A DNA stretch of 64,000 nt from Babesia bigemina (Eukaryota), in the NCBI RefSeq assembly GCF_000981445.1, contig NC_027216.1, positions 1,364,001-1,428,000 of the forward strand. The letters are read 5' to 3'. The position numbers and the translations under genes are program-made. The notes under the pieces are model-generated. The model saw only the letters and a program-made list of their open reading frames with translations. It searched no databases and had not been told where the DNA came from. Below, piece after piece: positions 32,312 to 44,282 of the stretch; the first letter of the stretch is position 1, and the number at the start of each line of letters is the position of its first letter.

Positions 32312-32869
32312 ATGACCTCGAGGATGCACGCCGCCAACGCAAATATGGCCAAAAGCCAGCAAATGCGACAGGAAACAAACACGGAAGATGTCTTTTTGCT
32401 GGACCTCGAGGGGAAAATTGACCAACTGAAAAATGTACGAAATAAGTGATACACACAGTACACTTCAACGCGCTGATTACGCGCGCCGACGACGACAAAC
32501 GCTAACACTTGTTCAGGTCAGCACAGACTTACACTCTGAGCTTAAATATTCGAAAACGAGGGTCGACACTTTGGTAGGAATCAGGCATTAAAATCAACCA
32601 TACGACTGCAGCGCGGAGGATTGGACGAAGCACAAGGATATGTCAAAGATGGCCTCGGCAATATGTCGAAGCTAATGCGCAACAAGGTACGTTGAGTTAG
32701 TACGCTATGAAAAACTGCGATGCACCCGAACCTGCTTGGGAATCACATGTCACTCACCGTCACGCAGAAGGGGAACGTCGCAATGATGAAGCTTACCCTT
32801 CTAACCGCTACAGTTCTGTCGGTACTTTACGTAGTAGTCAAAATCGCACTGAAAAGAATGACCGCGTAA
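32312..32869 (+). CDS. BET1: Bet1-like Qc-SNARE (4 exons; not in the ORF track)
   Basis: Manual splicing gives ...LLDLEGKIDQLKN-VSTDLHSELKYSKTRVDTL-RGGLDEAQGYVKDGLGNMSKLMRNK-KGNVAMMKLTLLTATVLSVLYVVVKIALKRMTA*. This is a SNARE heptad plus a C-terminal TM anchor, and all introns are phase-0 GT-AG. Confidence 0.8.
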
Positions 32870-32983
32870 TGGCGCAAAACATGCCCTTAAATATACCATA
32901 TGTAACCACCATGCGAATGAGGTGTGCAGCCGGCGGTGTTGCCTGGGCTCCAATCTATACTTTATTATTCAATAAAAGCGCAT

Positions 32984-34304
32984 ATGAGACTGCGATCGTC
33001 GCAGGTGTGGCGCTTCGCAACGGTAGACAGGGCCTCCAGATGGAGGCCCTTTGGCGAAGCAAAGGATTCCACAGGTAATAACGCTTAGTGGCGCTTTGCG
33101 ATATACACTAGCTCTACCACACACCACATAGAGGCGCGGTATCACAGTTTTTGCATCATGTTGAAAAACTATGTCGCTATCCTTCGCAGCGAGAAACAAG
33201 GGCTGGAAGCAGCAACAAAGCAACACGGATTCCATAGGTGTAACAGCAAAAAAAATGGCACGGAGCCGTGTAGATGATGAGGCACGTTGGGTGTCACTTA
33301 TAGAAGAAGCGAAAGTGGTTAGTCGATGGGTTACAGTTGTCATTCCTAGAACATAGCTTCACTCACTCCAATGGATATCGCATTGCTGGTAAACGCCCTC
33401 ACCAGAGTCTTGAGGGCCGATTCCGGACTCTACGAAATGCTAAGGGACAGGATAACACACATGATGGCATTCTTTAGCACGGTAGGTGTCAGCGGTGATA
33501 GCAGAACTCACGGAACAATAGCAACACCTCGCAATGATCATATCGGCTTATGTGAAGGCCGGCCTGATGGAACAGTCGCTGTATGACTCTCTGAAGGCGG
33601 AAATAAACCAGCGGATGTACGAGTTGAGCACGCCCACAGAAATATGCATGATTCTCAACGCCGTTGCTAGGTACAAGGTAATGAGGCCGACCGTAGGCAT
33701 CGTGCGTTGTCATTGTTGGCCAACATGCGCCATTGCTACGACCATTTTCGATCCATTTCTATGAACGCGGCTGACACATAGCGAGCACATGTCATTGTGT
33801 GATGGAGCATGGAGTCGTCTGACCGGTGGCACGGCGGCGATCCTTTACGCGGCAGCGCATATTCGTATTGATCAGTAATGCATCGCGTCACTTACTCTCA
33901 GGACCGAGATGAACAATTCCTCGTGAAACTGGCCGCTCACACGACGCACCACATAACTGAGTTCCTCACAGAAGAAATTGCCCTCCTGGCAAGTAGGTAC
34001 CACGCCCTAGACATATACGACAAAGCGCTATTCGACGCAATCGAAGGTAAGGACACTTGTGGGCACTGACTAACGAGCAGAACGCGTTACCAGACACGTG
34101 GGGAGATTCCTGACCAACGACGCTATCGCAACCCTTGCAGCGTTCTCCCACTTCGACGCGGAAAACGAACGCATACGTGAGCTGCTAAAAAAGCACATAA
34201 AGGAACAGCGCGAGTATCTGGATGCCGAAGACTACGCGGAAAGGATTCGGTCGGCCAACCTGTCTCCAGAAGACAGAGCAGACCTATTAAACTCAGAGGC
34301 ATAA
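32984..34304 (+). CDS. Mitochondrion-targeted helical-repeat protein (heptatricopeptide/FAST-like), multi-exon
   Basis: Arg-rich presequence MRLRSSQVWRFATVDR, followed by helical repeats of about 37 aa: LTPMDIALLVNALTR, HLAMIISAYVKAG, TPTEICMILNAVARY, FLTEEIALLASRY, FLTNDAIATLAAFSHF. Confidence 0.7.
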
Positions 34305-34736
34305 AGTCGTGGGATAAGGCATACGTTGCTCTACACATTTCCATTATCGCGCGAACCCATTGTGATTTGACGTTAATGAAGTGTACTGACACGCAGAATA
34401 ATAGCGCAACACGTAGTAGCCACGACGAGGGGAACGATTGAATACTTTCCTGGTCGTAACACGACACCATGGTATTTACGTGAAAAATCGGAATGATAAA
34501 GGCAATGTGATGAGTTATTTTCACTGAACGACAGCCATAAGTAAATCCAGTTCTGATGTCCTCGCATCAACCGATGAGGCGCGCACGCAGTAACGGGCAC
34601 CTCCAGACGGACATGGAAACGCTGACGGCGACACATACGTAATTGCCGTAAGAAACGCGGTTCTTTCCACACATTAAATAGACACGAATTACTAACGTCG
34701 CCTAGCGAAGAAACGGATAGGATTCGTGAAGTCACC

Positions 34737-35729
34737 ATGATCGATGTTGAAGGAGAAATGCCAGGCGACGAAGCCATGGAGGCTTCTGGCAACGCGACGG
34801 AGATTTTGCAAAAAAGCTTTCAGCTGTATCCGCTGGAAAAGGTAGGCACGAACGAAAGCGAGTTATTGCAAACGGCTGTAACAGGTCAACTACATCAAGG
34901 CCATGAGCAAGGCGAGCGGCAACGACCTGTTCAACTTTAAAAAGGGAACAACGACACTCGGATTTGTGTTCGACAAAGGTGTCATTCTAGCGGTCGATTC
35001 TAGGGCCTCCATGGGCTCCATTATAGCCACGCAAAACATCAGCAAGGTCATCGAAATCAACTCATATCTACTGGGAACCATGGCCGGAGGAGCCGCCGAT
35101 TGCACGTATTGGGAAAGGCATGTGGCGAAGCTATGCCGGCTTCACGAACTACGCAACCAGGTACGTGCAAACGCAAAATTGACGAGGCGCACCCTCCGCC
35201 AGTACGCCGGCGATGGCCTACTCAGATCAAAATTTCTCGACTACGCATGTTCTAATGTTTTTGTAGGAACGGGTCACCGTGTCACATGCGGCGCAGATGC
35301 TTGCTAATGTCTTCTTCTATTTCAGAGGGTACGGTCTCTCGGCGGGAACTATGATCGCCGGATGGGATAAAGGCAAAGGACCGAGCCTGTATTACATCAG
35401 TGACAGTGGAGAAAGAGTGTCCGGGAAGCTATTCAGTGTAGGTTCCGGATCGCTATTCGCCTACGGTGTCATCGATCAACACTACAGGAGGTGAGGATGC
35501 TTCAGTTAAGGCCCATATTTTTCGCAGCGACCTGTCACTTGAGGAAGCGGTAGAGCTCGGAAAACGTGCTATATATCAGGCGGCGCATAGAGATGCCTAC
35601 TCGGGAGGTTACGTCAACCTCTACCACGTCCACGAAAATGGGTGGACCAAAATCGTTGACTACCAGGACGTCAACGAACTTCATTATAAATACTGCAATG
35701 AAAAGGGAGTTCCGGGCGACTCCATGTGA
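34737..35729 (+). CDS. PSMB5: 20S proteasome subunit beta-5 (4 exons)
   Basis: Propeptide cleavage site [34 protein letters not shown] and HRDAYSGG. Confidence 0.96.
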
Positions 35730-36073
35730 ACACTCAAAATCTAATTGTACCGCAAAAATTCAATAGCGAATAACTGTTCTTTCCGTGCTCGTGTAGCTGT
35801 GACGCTCGTTGATCGTTTGTACAGAGCAACGTGTCATCAGTTGTGAGGTCATCGTATAACACACAAACGATGGACGCTGAGGAATATCTTCCAACTAGCG
35901 AAATGAAAAGAATTTTGATTTAACGGTCGGAACACGGTCAGGCAAAAATATGTGGTAGAAAAGGTGTATGCAATGACTGCGAGAAATTGTAAAAATGGTG
36001 TTAATATGCGCATTTGGTGCAGTGTTGCTGCCTGAAAAGAAACGTAACATCCCATCCACCGAGCAACCATGCA

Positions 36074-37873
36074 CTAAGCGTCGTCCTGCGATTGCAGCCT
36101 TTTGGACATTTTCATATCCATTGCTATCTGACGCTGGCGCATGAATTCGTGTAGCGTTGATGGAGGCACATAGCTTTCAAGCGGCACGTGCGCCAAATAT
36201 ACCTTGCAACCCATGCGAAAGTGGTTCAACCAATTGTAACGCCGGCGCATCATGCCTGTCACAACGACCTCCTCAAGACCCAACACGGGTAGATTCGAGA
36301 GGAACAATGGCAGGCGGTTGACTCTTTGGCCGCAGCAGTGCCATAGGCACTTGAGCAGCATTGGGTGAAGCAGAACTTTGCAACCGTCAACCGACTGGTA
36401 AAAGCAGTAGTGCTTCGTGCGACCGTCACTGTCGAGGTTGGGGTCAGAGTCGTCGCACGCGGCATAGACGTAGGAATCCGCCACATTACGAATGTGAGAA
36501 ACGGCCTCTTTGACGTTGTCCGCATCGTACGTGAAAGATGGTGCATCGTTGTTACCAACGCTGATCCCATGGTTGTTAAGGTGCGAAAGTGCCTGGAACC
36601 AGTATAACCAACACTACATACGCCTACCTCCACTACGGCATCATGTGTTGCACCGTCGCCGTCGTGAGTATTTAGCGCGAGGTTTTCCAGAGCCAAGTAG
36701 TCGTTCTTCAGAAGTTCGCGCAACTTCATTTGGTCTGTGTAGGCGACGTCCCAAAACTGAATGTCAAGTGAATCCGACGATGCGATCTGGTTGACGGGAC
36801 GCAATTCACGAGTGCCACCCAGCATTTCGCAGATGTCCGGGTGAAGTACAGCTGTGCAAGCATTCTCCTCTTGCGTCAACAATGCAAAAGTGAGCACCGT
36901 GGGCTTCTGCTTCACCTAACGAATAATTATGTGGTGCACGCAGAATCACGAATTAAAACCTCATAATACCACAATGTAGAGCTTCTTTTAAAAGTAACTC
37001 GTAACAGATCAACGATAAAAATTGGGGCACGTGATGCGTAACAGGGGGAAGCGCAGGGTGGTCGACATACAATATCAGAATACCGAAAAGTAGGTGAAAT
37101 TAGTAAATCACCATGGTTTTAACACTCAGCATGTAGGAAACCGGACGTGCAGACGCGGCGAACACGTCGGTACATTGCAAGTTTAAAATGCGTGGTCAAT
37201 GACACCGTATGTATGCACCCTACGATCACTCACCTGGAAGCGTACGGGTTTCAGGTCCACCCGATTCAACGAATGCTGGCAGAGCGGGCATGGCTTCCTG
37301 TACGGCATAGCGGCAGGAGCTAGGAAACAAACTTGTCAGAAGTTTTATTGAAGTTGAGGTATTTCAAGATGCATAACCAACAAAACGCATGGCCACAACG
37401 TGCTACGCGAGGAGCAATTAGCGACTCGTCGAGGCAAATGGGACAGGTCACCGGGTTATCTTCATCCACCATCAAGTCGACCAAATCGACCATGCTCCAG
37501 TCTGCGTTGATTGTAAAAGGTGATACAGCAACCAACCAACAGTCAAGTTGGGTCGTGATATCGGCAATTCCTCTGGAGGCAACCCAACGTCAGCGATATA
37601 GCAGCGCAAATTACGCTGCGCTGGGCGAAAAGACGGTGCAGGAGGCACACATTCGCTCCTTGCCGGAACCTGCAAATTCCTTAAATTCGCAGGTTTCACG
37701 CACCTCATGTCGCACAACGTAACGTGAGAAATTCACCAGTTGGTCAGAAGGGATGCGATATCGTTCCTGTCGGCCGCGCGTATGCATCGCGTTAACCGAA
37801 GGCTAGACAACAGACATGATACAGAGCAATTGCCGTCGTGCGAGAGGAATCTGCGCACGACGGAATAACACAT
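36074..37873 (-). CDS. C3HC4 RING E3 ligase, RNF10/Mag2-like (multi-exon; start uncertain)
   Basis: CPICLDESLIAPRVARCGHAFCWLCIL...CPLC...DLKPVRF, then YCFYQSVDGCKVLLHPMLLKCL and MRRRYNWLNHF, resembling the RNF10/Mag2 C-terminal blocks. Confidence 0.75.
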
Positions 37874-37999
37874 AAGAAATCTTATGGATGTGACATGAGG
37901 GCAGGCGGTTACGACGCCGCGTAACACAAGAGATGCAGCCGGGACATTGTATTGCCCCCAGCATGAGAACAAAACGGGATTCCTCCGAATTACAGTCAC

Positions 38000-39144
38000 A
38001 TGTTCGGGCTAAAACGCGTGATACTAACGTTGGTCACAGTGCTGATACTACACATTTCCAGTGCGACGTACATACACGCCAGAAGACACTGTGCACTTGG
38101 GTATACAGCACTGAGACCATTTCTCAGAAGGCCGACCGTCACCAAACGCACGTCGCGTGAGGAAAAAAAGCGAAGGTCAGAATTCCACAAACAGTTACAT
38201 AAGGAGCTTCGCATGAAATACTGGGAACGCCTGGATCCGGCCGTAAACACCATCATACAGTTCCAGCCAGAAAGACAGGCACCCATCGACCCTAAAAGGT
38301 AACGAGGTGACGCAGTCGTAGTCAAGGTCTTCAGGGCGTTCGTAGTTCAGGAAGCTATACCAAGGCTAGTAAAATTAACGGAGCAACAAACCAACTGCTC
38401 TCTGACAGCCGAGCAGTCGGAGGCATTTGACCGACGGGTAAGGTGTTGCGCCGTGTTTGCACAAACCACAGGCTGGATTGAAGCTTCTGTGTGACATCAA
38501 GGCGGTCTTCTCCTTTATCGCAGAAACAATCAATACCGATGGCCACTTCAAGGACTTCAAGTTGATGGCCTCGCAGGATCAACTACCCAAACAGCACGCA
38601 GATGTCAACTATATCATGTCACTTCTGAAGGTAAGGAGGGCTGAAATACGTGGGATAGTTGTAACTCTCGGGGTAGGTCCAGACGGAACCGGAGCCGTCG
38701 ACGGAGTGTACCGAGTATCTCGGGCACCTTGCACAACTGGCAGAGCTGCACCCCATAAGTAGGACCGTGAAAACACTAAGCAAAGTGACGTGCAGAATTC
38801 CTTTCCCATGCGTACTATATCATCAAGGACTGGCACTTGACGAGGAGAAACTTCCTCGCGCTCCTGCGCAATCACCTGAGACTTGTTGCGAAAATGAAGA
38901 GCGCTTCTTTCGATGCCGACTGCGACACTTTCGAGGTAAGCGGCATGCAGACAAATATTGCACGACTATGCAGAAAACACTCAACAAGGTCGCAACGGAA
39001 TGGAAAAGAGATGATAAGGATGCCTTCATCGATGAGCTGGAGGTCGCACAACAAATGGCGCCCAAGGCGCTTACAGCAGCAATACACAATCCCTACAAAG
39101 CGTCACAGAGCGTGGTTCCGTACTGCGAGATCGCAGTCGCTTAA
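38000..39144 (+). CDS. Hypothetical protein with a bipartite leader (signal peptide plus basic transit-like region), candidate apicoplast protein; multi-exon
   Basis: MFGLKRVILTLVTVLILHISSA is followed by an acid-poor Arg/Lys-rich stretch. Exons correspond to ORF fragments 38000, 38457 and 38767. Confidence 0.55.
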
Positions 39145-39431
39145 ATATAGTCACGACGAAAGCACGCATATTCATTACAATTCTGCTGTCTCGTCAACAT
39201 GCTACATCAGTGCTCTGTGTCGCTTAAAGCAGCAAGCTTTAGGGCATTATGTCTAATCAACGCATCAGCAAGGAGGCGAGTCCCTGGTGCTTCGTGTGCT
39301 AATACAGTTCAACGTGCAGTAAAGCAGCCTACGACGCACAGATGTGGTCCGACTAGCAAGCCCGGTACCCGAAATGTATCTATGCACTGTGTTCCCAGTC
39401 ATTAAAGCACATACATGTGTTACCAAAACAT

Positions 39432-42002
39432 TCAAGACTTGCTACCGAGGACCGGGAAATCGCGGCAGTCGAATACAATGGGTTTGCCACCAGCAGACCG
39501 CACGCTGCTGCTGCGACGGTCGACGACCTGACTGTTGTTGCGCAGCACGGAGTGAGAGCTGCTGTACTTTCCAACGAAAGAGTCGGTCAAAGGCTGATCC
39601 TTCTGGTTGACGCCGTCATACTCCAAAATGTTGCCCAATACCTCCAACGCACGCTGCACCGACTCCTTGTTGCCCTCGAGGCACACTATCTCGTCGGAGC
39701 TGTCGCTACGATTCACGAACATATTGCGCAAGCCGGAGTTGTCGATAATGTCGCGCAGCGTCGATCCACCCTTCCCGATGATCGCACCAACGTGTCGCCT
39801 TGGAACGCGGAGCCACGCGTAAAAGTCGCCGGTGAGAGAAATGTCGCTCACCTTGGTCTGATCAACACAGACGAAGTTTCCAGTGAACGCCTTCATGACA
39901 TTCACTGCCTCATCAACCTTATCCTTCTGCCCGTGGAACACCAACTGGTTGTTCTCCTTGTTCAAAATTATGCGTACCTGGCTCTGCTGCTCAAGGTCGC
40001 GAACCATGCGATACTTGTTGTCGGACAAAACGGCCATATGTGCGGGAAAGAGATCGAACGCGTACTCAGTGTGCGCACTCAAAATGTCGTTCACCTGCTT
40101 AATGCATTCTTCCTGTTGGTCTGGGCTGCCGAAAATCCTGAGCACAAAGCCGTTGATCGAATCGCGCATCATTATTGTAACGCTGGTCCAATCCTCCACA
40201 GCGGACAGAGTTGAACTCGAGAGTAACAAGCTCTTCTCCATGGGAACGAAAAGCTCCTTCGGTTTGTTCGCCCTGTAACGCACCAAGGTCGAAACGCGGG
40301 TGACCGCGTCCTTCAATGCGTCATTTACGCCAACCACGTGAACCACGCCGTTGTAACGCAAAATGCAGAAGTCCTGGGATACAAAGCGGCTGCGGATGAT
40401 TTCGTCAGAGTAGAGGAACGACATGGTCTCCTCATCGGAACTGTTCGGAACCTCACGACTGCCGATGGTGGCGATGAACTCGCGCAGCTTTGCAGTGGCC
40501 TCCTTTATGCGTTCCTCGGGAGCGACTTTCGTCGAGCGGTAAGTGCTGTCAGCATTCACGTAGATAGCGCCCTTGGGCTCCTTGGGTGACACATCGAACG
40601 ACACCGTAACACCCAAGTCAGCCTCTACAGTCCGAACCGCAGGTCTAAAACGAGTCGAAAGCGCTTTGCAGATCAAAAAGTCATATTGCAACTCGACCTT
40701 ACGTGCATCGTGTTCTGCCAGAGTGGCGGGCACGCTGCGAGCACCTCTAGCCGACGATGTACCGCTGCTCTCCTTATTGTCGATGTTGGCAATTTTTTCT
40801 TCCACATAGTTGGAAGCCAAATTCAAACCGTCGCTGCTGCCAATCATGTCGAGAACGCCCTGGTAGTAAAAAACGAGCACGCCGAATGATTCCTCAAGCT
40901 GCGAGAGCCCCGATATGCCACCAAAAGCTTTTTTCAAACGATCCGATTCGACGGCCACCCTCTTCGAAGAATGGAAATCCAACGATTTTAAAAACTTGGT
41001 GCAACTTTCGACGTCGCCCTCCTCGCCGTGGACCGTCAAATGAAGCGCAGACAGTTCTGAGCTGGATGAAGCAATGGGGTCGATGTGGACAGAGAACTTT
41101 TCCTTAATGCGGCGCAAGTAGTTGTGCGGTGGTTGAAAACGATGCGCAGTTGCCATTATCATCACCTCAGATTTAGTCACCGCCGATTCATCGAGCGTTG
41201 CTCCTTTTTCTTCCTTCAGGCGACGCAAAATGCCGCAGATGTACTCATGCTGACGAGCAGCCCTGGTAGCGGCAGAATTCGGGCCGTTCAAGGCGTTGGA
41301 TGCCGCACGTCTTTCGGCCTCGGCACGGAAGGAAAGCACATCCAAAATTGCCTGCTTGTACTGAGAAATCTTGGCTTGGAAAGTCTTCATGCTCTGGAAG
41401 CCTTCCATAATGGAGCGTTGTTCACGGAGATGGGCCATGTAGACCTCGTTCTCCTGGGTTGCGCTGTCAAGCTCCTCAGCGCTTATCCCAGATGGCTTCC
41501 CACGATTTGTCTTCAGACGCCGGAACTGCTCTGTCGCCTCGCGAATGCGCTTGTCGATCTCCTCCAACGTTCTGAACTGGATGGGTTTGGCGACGCCCAA
41601 AGGTGCCGACTTGAAAACATCGTCAAGTTCACGAATAAATTCTCGCAGATCCTCCTCCTTAGACTCGCATTTAAGAGCCGATGCGGCTGTTAAGGGCAAG
41701 GACGAAAAATCAATGCCGTGCTTCTTCATACGACTTTGGAACTTATTCAACAGCGACCCAAAATTCGTAACGCCTGCATTACCATCACGCACAGGGGCGG
41801 CAGCCGATGCATTTTTCCGCAACAACCTCCGCTCTGCAGGTGTCAAAACGCGCTCGAAACCGTCCTCATCGACCAAATCAGTCGGCATGGAGGAGCTTGA
41901 CTGTCTTCTCGAATCAGAAACCATATTGGTAGATTTGCCCGTATGTACGCCAGATCCGATATTTGTGCTTAATGAAGCTCTACTAACATTCTCACGTGGC
42001 AA
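39432..42002 (-). CDS. Multi-KH-domain RNA-binding protein (start uncertain)
   Basis: A C-terminal canonical KH (LRVPRRHVGAIIGKGGSTLRDI) is preceded by several degenerate KH-like repeats and an N-terminal coiled coil. Confidence 0.8.
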   Translation of the reverse strand: MPRENVSRASLSTNIGSGVHTGKSTNMVSDSRRQSSSSMPTDLVDEDGFERVLTPAERRLLRKNASAAAPVRDGNAGVTNFGSLLNKFQSRMKKHGIDFSSLPLTAASALKCESKEEDLREFIRELDDVFKSAPLGVAKPIQFRTLEEIDKRIREATEQFRRLKTNRGKPSGISAEELDSATQENEVYMAHLREQRSIMEGFQSMKTFQAKISQYKQAILDVLSFRAEAERRAASNALNGPNSAATRAARQHEYICGILRRLKEEKGATLDESAVTKSEVMIMATAHRFQPPHNYLRRIKEKFSVHIDPIASSSSELSALHLTVHGEEGDVESCTKFLKSLDFHSSKRVAVESDRLKKAFGGISGLSQLEESFGVLVFYYQGVLDMIGSSDGLNLASNYVEEKIANIDNKESSGTSSARGARSVPATLAEHDARKVELQYDFLICKALSTRFRPAVRTVEADLGVTVSFDVSPKEPKGAIYVNADSTYRSTKVAPEERIKEATAKLREFIATIGSREVPNSSDEETMSFLYSDEIIRSRFVSQDFCILRYNGVVHVVGVNDALKDAVTRVSTLVRYRANKPKELFVPMEKSLLLSSSTLSAVEDWTSVTIMMRDSINGFVLRIFGSPDQQEECIKQVNDILSAHTEYAFDLFPAHMAVLSDNKYRMVRDLEQQSQVRIILNKENNQLVFHGQKDKVDEAVNVMKAFTGNFVCVDQTKVSDISLTGDFYAWLRVPRRHVGAIIGKGGSTLRDIIDNSGLRNMFVNRSDSSDEIVCLEGNKESVQRALEVLGNILEYDGVNQKDQPLTDSFVGKYSSSHSVLRNNSQVVDRRSSSVRSAGGKPIVFDCRDFPVLGSKS

Positions 42003-42584
42003 ACTGCCAGCGACACCTCCTACGTTATCAGAAGATTATGCAGACGCTGCTAATTCGCCCGACGTCCGAAATGGCCTGTTTTCAGCACTAGATATTGAAG
42101 TAGAAAACCAAAACCGGCTCAATTCACTCCAGACAATACGGAGATGAAAAGACAACCAAATTACAGCCCTTTGTGTGTCACATTAAATAAGACATGTCAG
42201 GACTATAACACCTCTCAGTATATCACCGCCAATCGCTCAGACACAAAAATTAGTCTGCAATATCCAAGCACGCTATGCTACACCTCACGCTTCAGTAGAA
42301 TGAGCAAGACACGCGCCAAAAACGTTTCACGTGTGCATCATGAGGGTACACCCTCCGCAAAACACGAAATCACGTAATGTGTGATGCAATATCCACCAAA
42401 CGTGTCTAATTAACCTGCCGCGGACCGGCCCCATACGGTAGTGTTCGATAAATGTACACGGCACCGCACCTCGCCGCTGCCCTCAGGCAAAACGTTGAAG
42501 ACGAAAAACAAGACGTGTTGCAGCATAATATAAACCGAAGTGTGTCGCTTATCACAACGAGTGCGGGCTGTGGATGTGCAGCAG

Positions 42585-44174
42585 TCACTCCTCCGACGCG
42601 AAGTCGTTCGCGTTCTCCAGCAAATAGTTTGCCGCCATCTCCTCGTTCTTGTCACAGGCCAGGAACGCTTCAATTACTGCGGGGCGGGGAAATCCCAAGC
42701 CCTCCAGTCGCTCCACGATGGCCACATCCTCCTCTGTCAGTTGGACAACGGCAGGGCCGTCATCGCCGGATAAAAGGGGGTCAGCGCCACCTGCGCTGTT
42801 GAGCATATTCATAAACTCGTCCTGGTGCTCCACTATGTTCTGCGTATTATGCAGTCATTACGAAACTAAATGGAATGTGGAACAACACCTAAGACTGATA
42901 CGCCGCATTAAGCACCCCTCTTTACACTTATATTTACCGCACCTTTGCCGTACGGAGGGCGCTGTTTTATAACGATGAACCGGCATTCTACAGCGCCGCG
43001 ACACCCCGCTCGGCGCAGCAGCGCGGCCGACATCCACAGTAAATGTAAAACGGATTCAATATGCAACTCAACAATGTATAGCCCACCTGAAGCAGCTCCG
43101 GATTTGTACTACCGATGTTTTCGAGCAGTTGCTGCAGCATTTGAGGGTCGGAGTTAAGGGCCTGTCTTATTTGCTGGAAGGCTGGATGCGATTGGATCGA
43201 TTGTAAGGACACATCCTGAGTCAGTCTCAAAACGAGGTGTATACATTACACAACGCCATGTTTGAGGGCGCAAACTAACCTGACTGGCCGCATGCATCGC
43301 ATTATTTGATGGCTGGTGATCATCCACACCAGGATTTAGCAAAAAATCACCAGGAGATGGGATGTTGCCCTAAACGACTTGAAAGTACGTGTGCTCTGAC
43401 TTACTGTAGAAAGGAATTCAACGGCGCGCTCGGGATTGTTAAAAGCAGCCGCCATAGCCTGTTCCACCTCGGCGCGCGGGAAACCCATTTCGCAAATACG
43501 GGAAATGTTCTGTTTTAACATTAGCCTTAGCGTAAAAACCACGAAGTTGGACCCATGTTATATGCTTGTACGCAGAGTTGTACGAATTGTACGCATACAA
43601 CAGTAACAGCCCTGCCGAAGCCGATAACAACAAACGTCCAAACACAAGTTAGTGTCAACATGACAGCTCACATCGTTGACAGAACATAATCCGCGAGAAT
43701 AGACGATAACTAACCATTTCAAGCTCAGATCCAGTAACGAATCTCGAAGACGCGGAAGCCAAAGGCTCCGTTGACACAGCCGTCGCAGAAGGTTGGACTT
43801 CGGGAGGTGAAACAGGTTGCTCAACAACTGGCGCGGTGGAAACAGTGGGTGGCTGCAAATAATGTGAGTGGACATATAAACAGCTGGTGAAATTCGTGAA
43901 ACTGCCGTGAAATAACAGCCAACGCGCGCAGTCAACCTAAACACACCTGCTTGGACGTTATAACGATGACTTTGTCTCCATCCTTTATGTCAGAGTAATC
44001 AGAGAGCCGTAACTCTCGTTTCAAAACCTTCCCTGAGTGAATCAGCTTCTGACGGTCCGACGGCAGCGCTGGCAGAGCAGCCTCCACAGCCTTCATCAAA
44101 TCCGCCACGGTGATATCCGCCTCCACGTCAACCTCCGCCTCCAAGTTATTCAAAGTCTTGATTTTCAGCTTCAT
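42585..44174 (-). CDS. RAD23: UV excision repair protein RAD23 (UBL-UBA-XPCbd-UBA), multi-exon
   Basis: MKLKIKTL...[50 protein letters not shown]...[14 protein letters not shown]...[16 protein letters not shown]. Confidence 0.95.
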
Positions 44175-44282
44175 TTTCAGAAACGAAATTCAGAGTGCAA
44201 CGAAATGAACCACACATTTGGCCGCAGAAAATCTAAAAATGACGTACGCGAAATGACTACTAACAGCGGAAGAAATACGATA

